A stretch of 64,000 bases of DNA. It comes from Kiritimatiellia bacterium (lineage in GTDB: Bacteria > Verrucomicrobiota > Kiritimatiellia > RFP12 > UBA1067). How positions within the stretch are numbered: the stretch's first letter is position 1; every line of letters starts with the position of its first letter. A program made the position numbers and the translations under genes. Below, in pieces: positions 1 through 8,548 of this stretch. The notes under the pieces were generated by a model. The model was not told the origin of the DNA. It made no database searches and worked only from the letters and a program-made list of their open reading frames with translations. The DNA is taken from NCBI GenBank assembly GCA_050949565.1, contig JBMNFY010000006.1:1-64000 (forward strand), written 5' to 3'.

Positions 1-198
1 TTGGGGCATACCGGGCTTAGGATACGGTATGGTTGCTATGTTCGTCTTTGGAGGAACTGCCGTGGTGCTGGAATGTGCGGCCTATGACAATATAATTTGT
101 CCGATGTGCGGACAACGTCTCGTGACGCCTTTCAGAGAGTCGTTCACAAAGGAGAATAGAAAACGATTCAATGCAATTTACAAGAGATTGCCGATTAA

Positions 199-1134
199 GT
201 GTCTTATCCGCAAATAATTGTTTCATTTCCCAGCGTTTCTTGATAAAATTCCCGCCAACCAACCACATCAGGAGGACTATCAGATGGCGAGAATACGTAC
301 TTGGGAAATATCCGATGAATTCTGGGCACTGGTCGAATCGCTGCTGCCGAAGACACGCAGGGATCCGGCCCGTTCGTACAAGCGGAAACCCGGCGGAGGG
401 AGGAAACAGGTCTACAGCGACCGTCTTTTCTTCGAGGGGATCGTCTACGTGCTTCGCACCGGGATCATCTGGAACGCCTTCCCCCGCGAAAAGTTCAAGG
501 GGCTGGGCAGTTCGGCGCTGCACAAACGCTTCCAGGAGTGGGCCCGGGCCGGGCTGTTTGAGGCGATCTGGCGCAGGGGCCTCGCCGAATACGACGAGCT
601 CGAAGGCATCGCCTGGGAATGGCAGTCCGCAGACGGGACGAACGTTGAAGCGCCGCTGGCGCAGGAATCCGTCGGGCCGAACCCCACGGACAGGGGAAAA
701 AAAAGGAACCAAGCGTCACATCCTCGTCGACGGGCGTGGCGTCCCGTTGTCGATCGTCGTGACCGGCGCCAACGTTCATGACAGCAAGGAGATCGGCAGG
801 CTCCTCGACGCCAAGGTTGTGCAGCGGATCGACGGTGTCGAAGGGGCCGAAAACCTTTGCCTTGACGCAGGATATACCGGCAAGGCTGATGTTGTGACTG
901 CGCGGGGATATGTCCCGCACATTCGTCCGCGAAACAAGGAGGCCGACGAGATCAAGCGCAACCCCGACTTCAAGGCGCGGAGATGGGTCGTGGAGGCATC
1001 CCATTCCTGGCTGAACCGATATAGGAAGCTCGTCCCGCGGTACGAGAAGACCGATCTCTCATATCTCGCATTGCTGGAACTGGCTTCGGGTATGATTGCA
1101 CTCAACAAAGTGATGGTTATTTACGGATAAGCCC
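199..1134 (+). mobile_element. IS5-family insertion sequence (IS427/IS1031-like)
   Basis: Imperfect terminal IRs GTGTCTTATCCGCAAATAA / TTATTTACGGATAAGCCC; TAA on both flanks (196-198, 1135-1137); two-ORF DDE transposase inside. Confidence 0.9.
284..1130 (+). CDS. IS5-family transposase, probable -1 frameshift at GGGGAAAAAAAAG (693-705)
   Basis: GGAGGA RBS then ATG 284. ORF-A (…GIVYVLRTGIIWNAFP…ADGT…GPNPTDRGKK) shifts into ORF-B (GTKRHILVDGRGVPL…LDAGY…RWVVEASHSWLNRYRKL), typical IS5 motifs. Confidence 0.9.
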
Positions 1135-1233
1135 TAAGTGTCTTCACTGTGGCAAGGAAGTTGAGACGAAGTAAGTTCAAAACGGACGGGGGACGAAGAT
1201 CGTGCTTTTCTGGTGAAAGCGGGGATGGGAAAC

Positions 1234-1367
1234 GGGAGCGTGGGCGTCCCCTCCCGCAACAACAACGTGCCTTGTAAAAGATTGATGCGCACACTTTCCT
1301 TGGGAATCAAATTGCGCATCGGAATCACGGGCGGCTTTTAACAAAGCGGGCGAGGCCGCTCGCGCCC
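1234..1367. repeat. Degenerate REP-like inverted pair
   Basis: GGGAGCGTGGGCGTCCCCTCCCGC (1234-1257) and GCGGGCGAGGCCGCTCGCGCCC (1346-1367) are roughly inverted copies. Confidence 0.35.
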
Positions 1368-1462
1368 GACTGCGCACACACAAAACACGCACTCGACTCG
1401 CATGCCCCCTGTCACTAACCGATGACTTGCCCACGACGCAAAGGCATGGTACGCTTGTGACC

Positions 1463-1549
1463 ATGAAAGATGAGATTGTCTTCGGTGTAACGCAGGATGC
1501 CGACGGCAGATGCACGGTCGAAGCACTGGGCGAGGTACGGTGTCCGTAA
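1463..1549 (+). pseudogene. Possible N-terminal fragment of a HicB-like antitoxin
   Basis: MKDEIVFGVTQDADGRCTVEALG resembles the EIxFxVEExxEGGYxAxALG start of HicB-like proteins; it stops after 28 aa, just before the R-M locus. Confidence 0.3.
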
Positions 1550-1558
1550 CACTTTTGG

Positions 1559-2245
1559 ATGACGGAGAAGAACATGGATTTGAAAACGGTCTCTGGTCAA
1601 ATCGAAGATAAATTGTCCGAACTCTTTGAGGAATTGCGTTCAGGGATTTCTGAGCGAGAGGATTCCCGCGCATTCGGTGCAATGATTGAGAAACGCATCA
1701 CCGACAACTGGGAACGCATTTGTGCTGACCTTGGTTACACGCCTCTTGACCGTCCGGGGCGGCGTACTATTTTCGACTTCGCTTTTCAAGAAGCGGGACG
1801 TCTTGTTGGAATCGATGTCAAGACGAAGGACTTGGACTCTACACGATACTCTGATGGCGGGATCTGTGCCGTGGGGAATCTGTTGAAGTTTCTTGCCAAT
1901 GACAACGGTGTGTTCCTGATTGCTGAATTCGGGCACAACAAATCATCTGAGCGGAGCGAAAAACGGGACATCGAATACATCCGCGTCGCTCCATTTATTC
2001 TGCTTCCCCAAAATGCATACAGGATTGAGAACCTTGGTACAGGGCAGGTGCGCCTCAACTATACGGTTAATCAGGTGTGGGACGAGATTTCATGGGATCG
2101 GAATATCGAGGAGTTTTATGATCTATTTGTAGAGCTTGCAATCGTGCATTACCAAAGGGTGAGCCGTGACGCACTGAAACGCATCAAAGCACTGGAAGAT
2201 TTCAAGAAGCATGGTTACAAGTACTTCACATTTGGACGACGTTAA
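1559..2245 (+). CDS. Putative type II restriction endonuclease (PD-(D/E)xK fold)
   Basis: FGAMIE…TIFDFAF…GIDVKTK catalytic-like pattern; overlaps the MTase gene; more AT-rich than the backbone. Confidence 0.65.
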   Translation: MTEKNMDLKTVSGQIEDKLSELFEELRSGISEREDSRAFGAMIEKRITDNWERICADLGYTPLDRPGRRTIFDFAFQEAGRLVGIDVKTKDLDSTRYSDGGICAVGNLLKFLANDNGVFLIAEFGHNKSSERSEKRDIEYIRVAPFILLPQNAYRIENLGTGQVRLNYTVNQVWDEISWDRNIEEFYDLFVELAIVHYQRVSRDALKRIKALEDFKKHGYKYFTFGRR

Positions 2246-3749
2246 AATTGGCGAGGTGTTCACCCCTTTGCAGTGGGCGGAATGGTTGCTAGAGCGATGG
2301 GGTATTTATGACGCTTGGATTGCAGGGGCGTCCATTTGCGACCCTACAGCGGGGCGGGGGATATTCGCCCTCGCTCTCTTGCGCCTAGCAAGTTTGAGAG
2401 GGGAGTGTCTTTCACCGGAGCTTCTTTCGCGAATAACGCTTATTGAACTGCGTGCAAAGCATCTTGCCTCATTCAAGAACGACGTGTCTCAGCAATTTGC
2501 AGTGGACTTCCCGCCATCTCAATTGGTCGTGCGCGATGTAATCTTAGACCCGCCATCCACTCGTTTTGATTATCTCGTAGGTAACCCTCCGTGGGCGAAT
2601 TTCACGGATCTCCCCGCGCCGTACAAAGATGAGTTAAAGCCCTACTTCGTGGCCGAGGGGTTGGTTCCCGATAAACGGAAGGCTCTTCTCGGCTCTTCGC
2701 GGACAGATGTGGCTGCCTTGGTTCTCAAGGTTGTACTTGGAAAACTACTTTCCCGCCATGGCGTGGGTGGCTTTTACCTTCCTCTCTCTCTCTTTTCGGG
2801 CGATGACGCGCATCGTGGTTTCAGGGACTACATCGCAAACCACCGCAGATTTGCGGTCGAAGAGGTCTGTGAGTTCTCTGAGAGCAAGGTGTTTGATGGT
2901 GTTGGAACAACGTATTGCTGTGCCAAATTTAAGATGGATCAAATGCAAAAGTTCCCCGTCAGATATTTTCGGGAATCTAGCGGCGCCTGGGTCGAGCATC
3001 GCGCAATTCCGCTTAACGCACCGAGCGATCAGTGGCGGGTTCTTGCAGACGGGGAAAGCGATACTTTTGATGATAAAATTGATGTTGCATTACGGCCTGA
3101 ACAGAAACCCAGACAAGGGGTAAATACTTGCGGTGCAAACAAAGTCTTCATGTTTGATGAAAAACCCCTTCATTTACCCGAGGAATTTGTTTTTCCGCTT
3201 GTTACTAAAGACATTTGGAAGCGCGGCGCCATGGTTCCTGTAAAGTGGATACTACTGCCTTACGACAGATATTCAGGGAAGCCTCTCTCGTGGCAGGAGA
3301 TCGAGAAACACCCGGGTCTCTGCCGACATTTGACTGAGGCTAAAGAAGAACTGCAGCAACGAAAAGGAACTCTAATTCGCTCCTCGATAGCGAAGGGCAT
3401 CTGGTGGGCGTTGCTGGGAGTCGGACGTTACTCTTTTGCTCCCTACAAGGTCATCTGGGAGGCCTATGGAAAGAATGACTTCGTTCCTTTAGTGTTGGGG
3501 GGCTATGCCGGTCAAGTCTGGCAAGCAAATCAAGCGATGCAAGCATTTATTCCCTGCTGGGATGAGGACGACGCTAATAGGATTTGTGCAGATCTTACAC
3601 ACCCAAGCATTCGATCCCTGCTCAAACAACTCAATGGAGATGGAAAATGCAACTGGGCTCAACCGGGCAAGCTTAAAAAAGTGTTATCCTTCGATCGTCC
3701 AGAATGCTATCAGCCGTTACTCATTGCAGAGGGGAAAACGAAATATTGA
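2211..3749 (+). CDS. DNA amino-methyltransferase, gamma class (probably N6-adenine)
   Basis: GEVFTP (motif X), DPTAGRGIF (motif I), GNPPW (motif IV), then a TRD-like C-terminal half. Confidence 0.85.
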   Translation: MVTSTSHLDDVKIGEVFTPLQWAEWLLERWGIYDAWIAGASICDPTAGRGIFALALLRLASLRGECLSPELLSRITLIELRAKHLASFKNDVSQQFAVDFPPSQLVVRDVILDPPSTRFDYLVGNPPWANFTDLPAPYKDELKPYFVAEGLVPDKRKALLGSSRTDVAALVLKVVLGKLLSRHGVGGFYLPLSLFSGDDAHRGFRDYIANHRRFAVEEVCEFSESKVFDGVGTTYCCAKFKMDQMQKFPVRYFRESSGAWVEHRAIPLNAPSDQWRVLADGESDTFDDKIDVALRPEQKPRQGVNTCGANKVFMFDEKPLHLPEEFVFPLVTKDIWKRGAMVPVKWILLPYDRYSGKPLSWQEIEKHPGLCRHLTEAKEELQQRKGTLIRSSIAKGIWWALLGVGRYSFAPYKVIWEAYGKNDFVPLVLGGYAGQVWQANQAMQAFIPCWDEDDANRICADLTHPSIRSLLKQLNGDGKCNWAQPGKLKKVLSFDRPECYQPLLIAEGKTKY

Positions 3750-3831
3750 AACCAAACTCTACGTCTTTGTGTCCTCGCATGAAAATTAGAAGCCAAAAGC
3801 CGGCGGCGGATCATTTTCGCTGGCGGTCCGC

Positions 3832-3860
3832 TTGACATCTTGCGACGGATACGGGACACT
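3832..3860 (+). promoter_or_regulatory. Putative sigma70 promoter of thrS
   Basis: TTGACA-17 bp-GACACT upstream of thrS. Confidence 0.5.
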
Positions 3861-3923
3861 ATGATGCTGTTTTTTTTAATCGGCTGGCGGGCGTTTGTAG
3901 GCTCCCCGGCATGGAGGTGAAGC

Positions 3924-5657
3924 GTGGAAGATCTGGATGTGATGCGGCATAGCGCGGCCCATGTGATGGCGGCTGCGGTTTGCAAGCTGTACCCGAATGT
4001 TAAACTGGATATCGGCCCGTCGACCGATGACGGATTTTATTACGACTTTGATTTGGAGCACCGTCTCTCGCCTGAGGACTTTCCGGCGATCGAGGCGGAG
4101 ATGGAGCGGTTGATCAAGGCCGCTCTGCCCTTTGAGCGGCGCGAGGTCACGCGCGCCGAGGCCGCCGAGTTGATGGCAGGTCAACCTTACAAGTTGGACC
4201 GGCTGTCGGATATTCCGGAGGACGAGACGGTTTCGCTGTATACCTGCGGCGACTTCACCGACCTTTGTCGCGGCCCGCATGTGGCGACGACCGCCGATAT
4301 CGGCGCGGTCAAATTGACGTCGGTTGCCGGCTCGTACTATCACGGCGACGAGAACAACCCGATGCTGCAGCGCCTGTACGGCATGGCCGATGTCTCGCAA
4401 GAGGCGCTCGACGCGGTGTTGGCGCGTATCGAGGAGGCCAAGCGGCGCGACCACCGTAAACTCGGCAGGGAGCTGGAGCTGTTCAGCCTCAGCGACGATG
4501 TCGGCCCCGGTCTGGCGCACTGGCATCCCAAGGGCGCACGTATCCGCGTGGCGATTGAGGACTTTTGGCGTCGCGAGCATTTCCGTGCCGGCTACGAGAT
4601 GGTTTTCACACCGCATGTCGGACGTGCGCGGCTGTGGGAGGCGTCGGGACATCTTGGCTTCTACCGTGAGAGTATGTTCCCCTGCATGAACGTGACCGAG
4701 GGCGAGGGTTCGCATGCCGCGACCGAGCAGTATTTCGTCAAGCCGATGAACTGCCCGTTCCACATCCAGATTTACAAGGCGCGCCGCTACTCTTACCGTG
4801 ATCTGCCGTTGCGCTGGGCGGAACTGGGTACGGTCTACCGTTACGAGAAAGAGGGCGTGCGCCACGGACTGTTGCGCGTGCGCGGTTTCACTCAGGATGA
4901 CGCCCATATCTTTTGTACACCCGAGCAGATCGAAGACGAGGTGCGTGCAACCGTGAACTTTGCTCTGCGCATCCTGCGGCGCTTTGGGTTCACCGACATC
5001 ACCGCGTATCTCTCTACACGTCCGGAGAAGGCGGTCGGACTGCCCGAGCGCTGGGAACAGGCGACGCGCTCGCTTGAGAGCGCGCTCAAGGCTGAATCGA
5101 TCGACTATCAGGTGGACGAAGGCGGCGGTGCTTTTTATGGGCCGAAGATCGACCTGAAGATTAAGGACGCGCTGGGACGGCCATGGCAACTCGGAACCAT
5201 CCAATTTGATTTTAACCTGCCAGAACGTTTCAATCTGTCGTATATCGGTGAAGACGGCAAGGAGCACCAGCCTTACATGGTGCATCGCGCGTTGCTCGGC
5301 AGCTTGGAGCGTTTCTTCGGTATTCTGATTGAGCACTACGCTGGCGCGTTCCCAGTGTGGCTGGCGCCGGAGCAGGTGCGCGTGTTGCCGATCACGACCG
5401 GACAACGTGAGTATGCTCGTGGGATTGAGGCGCGTTTGCGCGAGTTGGATATCCGCGTGACGGTGGATGATGACAACGAAAAGCTCGGCGCAAAGATCCG
5501 TAGGGCGCAGCTTGAAAAGGTGCCTTTCATGCTGGTCGTGGGTGGCCGCGACGCAGAGGCCGGCGTGGTCTCCGTGCGTAGCCGTGAAGCCGGCGACCAA
5601 GGTGCAATGACGCTTGAGGCCTTCATTGAAAGGTTGAAGGCCGCAATGACAGAGTGA
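3924..5657 (+). CDS. thrS: Threonine--tRNA ligase (lacks N-terminal TGS domain)
   Basis: RHSAAHV, DLCRGPHV, RDHRKLG, KPMNCP, RVRGFTQDDAHIF, FYGPKID, HRALLGSLERF; GGAGGTG RBS and GTG start. Confidence 0.98.
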   Translation: MEDLDVMRHSAAHVMAAAVCKLYPNVKLDIGPSTDDGFYYDFDLEHRLSPEDFPAIEAEMERLIKAALPFERREVTRAEAAELMAGQPYKLDRLSDIPEDETVSLYTCGDFTDLCRGPHVATTADIGAVKLTSVAGSYYHGDENNPMLQRLYGMADVSQEALDAVLARIEEAKRRDHRKLGRELELFSLSDDVGPGLAHWHPKGARIRVAIEDFWRREHFRAGYEMVFTPHVGRARLWEASGHLGFYRESMFPCMNVTEGEGSHAATEQYFVKPMNCPFHIQIYKARRYSYRDLPLRWAELGTVYRYEKEGVRHGLLRVRGFTQDDAHIFCTPEQIEDEVRATVNFALRILRRFGFTDITAYLSTRPEKAVGLPERWEQATRSLESALKAESIDYQVDEGGGAFYGPKIDLKIKDALGRPWQLGTIQFDFNLPERFNLSYIGEDGKEHQPYMVHRALLGSLERFFGILIEHYAGAFPVWLAPEQVRVLPITTGQREYARGIEARLRELDIRVTVDDDNEKLGAKIRRAQLEKVPFMLVVGGRDAEAGVVSVRSREAGDQGAMTLEAFIERLKAAMTE

Positions 5658-5785
5658 GGGGACGCGGCAAGGTGCGGGAACGATGGAGTGGATACGGCCA
5701 TTCCGATTATCCCGCCCGGCGGCACTTTCACAAGAGGATAACAACAATACACCGCATGAGAGCGGTTGAACAATGGAGGTGAGCT

Positions 5786-6313
<528 letters not shown>

Positions 6314-6400
6314 GCCGCTCCGCGGATGAGTTCATTAGTTCGTTCGTTAGTTCGTTAGTGCCTTACGGCTCAACAAGCGCGATAAAAAACAAGTTGTTTG

Positions 6401-6428
6401 TTTAACGCAGAGGCGCAGAGACGCAGAG
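6401..6428 (+). repeat. 28-bp direct repeat, copy 1 (upstream of dinB)
   Basis: TTTAACGCAGAGGCGCAGAGACGCAGAG, identical to 7773-7800. Confidence 0.85.
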
Positions 6429-6526
6429 GTTTTTTGGGTTAACTCACCCCAGACAAACTAATGCACTAATTAACTAATGCACTAATTAACTTGAGTTGCG
6501 GGCTTCGCCCGCGTTAGAGGGTTGTC

Positions 6527-7720
6527 ATGCGCCGCTGTATCCTGCATGTTGATATGGATGCCTTTTTTGCGGCGGTTGAGCAGCGCGACCATCCCGAGTG
6601 GCGCGGCAAGCCGGTGATTGTCGGCGCGCCACCGGATCAGCGCGGCGTCGTTTCAACCTGTTCCTACGAGGCGCGTGTCTTCGGCGTGCGCTCCGCCATG
6701 CCGTCGCGCGAGGCCTACCGGCGCTGTCCGCACGGCATTTTTGTACGGTGCGATATGGCACGGTATGCAGAGGCCTCGCGCCGCGTTTTCGATATCTTCG
6801 AGCGCTTCTCGCCCGTGATCGAACCGGTATCGATCGACGAGGCATTTATCGATGTGACCGGTTCGCGTCTGCTGTTCGGCGAGGGGCCGCGCATCGCCGA
6901 ACAGATCCGCGCCGCAATCCGTGCAGAGGTCGAACTGACCGCGTCGGTTGGCGTGGCCCACAACAAGTTCCTTGCCAAACTCGCCAGCGAGCAGGCCAAG
7001 CCGGACGGTCTTTTCGTGATGCCGGAAGCCCGCGACGACGTGGTCCGATGGTTGGGCGAGCGCAAGGTCGGGACGCTCTGGGGGGTCGGCAATGTTACGC
7101 GTGAAACGCTCGAGCGGCACGGGTTGCGACTGGTCAAAGATGTCCAGAATGCCGATCTCAAAACACTCACCCGCATACTGGGCGAAAGCATGGCCGCCCA
7201 TCTGCACGCACTGGCTTTCGGCGAAGACTCTCGCGAAGTAGAGACGGAGACGATCGAGAAGAGCCTGTCGCGTGAATACACCTTTCCGCAAGACTGCCGC
7301 GATCGCGAGCGGGTGCGCGAGGTGCTCAAGGAACTGGCCGACGAGGTCGGACGCCGCGTGCGCGCTCACGGACGGTATGCGACGGTGGGGCGTCTAAAGC
7401 TGCGTTGGGCCGACTTTCGTACCATCACGCGGCAAGCACCGTTCGAGACTGCGGTCTGCGACGATTTTGCCCTGCGTGCGATGGCCCTGCGTCTGTTCGA
7501 TGCGGAGCGGTTGGTGCAGCCCGTGCGCTTGATCGGTTTCGGCGTGAGCGGCTTTACCGATGAACGCCGCGATCAGCTTTCGTTGTTTGATGACGCCTCG
7601 GCTGTGCGTGAAAAGCACGAGCGCCTCTGCCGCACGGTGGATGAACTGCGCGAACGGCTGGGCGATACCGCGCTGCAGCGTCTTTCCGCGTCGGAAGGAC
7701 CACCTGAAAAGAGCGGTTGA
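6527..7720 (+). CDS. dinB: DNA polymerase IV (Y family)
   Basis: ILHVDMDAFFAAVE, STCSYEAR, SIDEAF, NKFLAKLAS…KPDG, KSLSRE, VRLIG. Confidence 0.96.
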   Translation: MRRCILHVDMDAFFAAVEQRDHPEWRGKPVIVGAPPDQRGVVSTCSYEARVFGVRSAMPSREAYRRCPHGIFVRCDMARYAEASRRVFDIFERFSPVIEPVSIDEAFIDVTGSRLLFGEGPRIAEQIRAAIRAEVELTASVGVAHNKFLAKLASEQAKPDGLFVMPEARDDVVRWLGERKVGTLWGVGNVTRETLERHGLRLVKDVQNADLKTLTRILGESMAAHLHALAFGEDSREVETETIEKSLSREYTFPQDCRDRERVREVLKELADEVGRRVRAHGRYATVGRLKLRWADFRTITRQAPFETAVCDDFALRAMALRLFDAERLVQPVRLIGFGVSGFTDERRDQLSLFDDASAVREKHERLCRTVDELRERLGDTALQRLSASEGPPEKSG

Positions 7721-7772
7721 GCCCCTTGGTTTCATGTGGTCCTGATTTCACGCACTCACTGCTCTGGATTTT

Positions 7773-7800
7773 TTTAACGCAGAGGCGCAGAGACGCAGAG
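7773..7800 (+). repeat. 28-bp direct repeat, copy 2 (downstream of dinB)
   Basis: Identical to 6401-6428. Confidence 0.85.
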
Positions 7801-8049
7801 TTTGTTTGGGGGCATGGCTCGGGTTTTCATCCACAGATTACGCAGATTTTTTAGGGGCATGGCTTTGCTCTGCTTCTTTACCACGAGGCGGCAAATCCCG
7901 TCATTGGGCTTGCGAAGCACCGGGAGAGACGAGCGTCTGCTCGTCCGGCGGCGTAAACGCCGCCCACAGAACGGGAGAACGGCGAAGTGCCGACTACCCC
8001 GCGCACAGCGCGGCTCTTGTTACCACACCAAGTCGTGAGCAGTCATTTT

Positions 8050-8475
8050 TCATGGGGTGTCTTCCGGCGTATCAGCATCGTTTTCATCATCTGCGGCCGG
8101 AGACTGGGGTAGCAGGCTGTCGAGCACGGAAAACTGCTCGAAGATCGAGGGTTTGAGGGTATCCTTCTGGGCGCGCGCGCCTTCGTAGTAGCCGCCGAGC
8201 AGGGTCTTCTCATGCTCATGGTCATGGCAGTAGATGCAGAGCAACTCCCAGTTGCTGCCGTCCGGCGGATTGTTGTTGTGGTTGTGGTCCCTGTGATGCA
8301 CGGTCAGCTCTTTGAGTCGCTTGCCTTCAAAGCTGCGTCCACAACTTGCGCAGACGTGCGGCAGGATGCGCAACGCTTGTTCGCGATAGCCTTTTTGGCG
8401 CTCGGCGGTATCGCGGCGGAGTTCAGCCTGCAACTGGGCGCGGCGTTCAGGGGATGCGGGAGAAGTAGGTTTCAT
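8050..8475 (-). CDS. yajD: YajD-family HNH nuclease
   Basis: GYREQAL…CASCGR…LTVHHRDHNHNNNPPDGSNWELLCIYCHDHEH. Confidence 0.85.
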   Translation of the reverse strand: MKPTSPASPERRAQLQAELRRDTAERQKGYREQALRILPHVCASCGRSFEGKRLKELTVHHRDHNHNNNPPDGSNWELLCIYCHDHEHEKTLLGGYYEGARAQKDTLKPSIFEQFSVLDSLLPQSPAADDENDADTPEDTP

Positions 8476-8548
8476 GATGGGAGCAGTATACCCGCACCGA
8501 GGCGTGCAGTGCAAGAATGGAGGACAGTCAGTGGCAATCGGCGATCGG

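Larger units (their letters stand above)
2..1174 (+). pseudogene. Membrane-anchored zinc-ribbon protein (5' end outside window) interrupted by IS5
   Basis: The frame is open from position 2 (WGIPGLGYGMVAMFVFGG...CPMCG...KRLPIKCL). Removing the IS restores ...IKCLHCGKEVETK-stop (TAA 1172-1174), giving two CxxC pairs. Confidence 0.7.

Noticed and set aside
3876-5747. 623-aa minus-strand ORF and similar long antisense ORFs (e.g. 18923-20395, 43122-44579, 57631-58878)
   Set aside because: Shadows of well-supported genes on the opposite strand in GC-rich DNA; no recognisable motifs.
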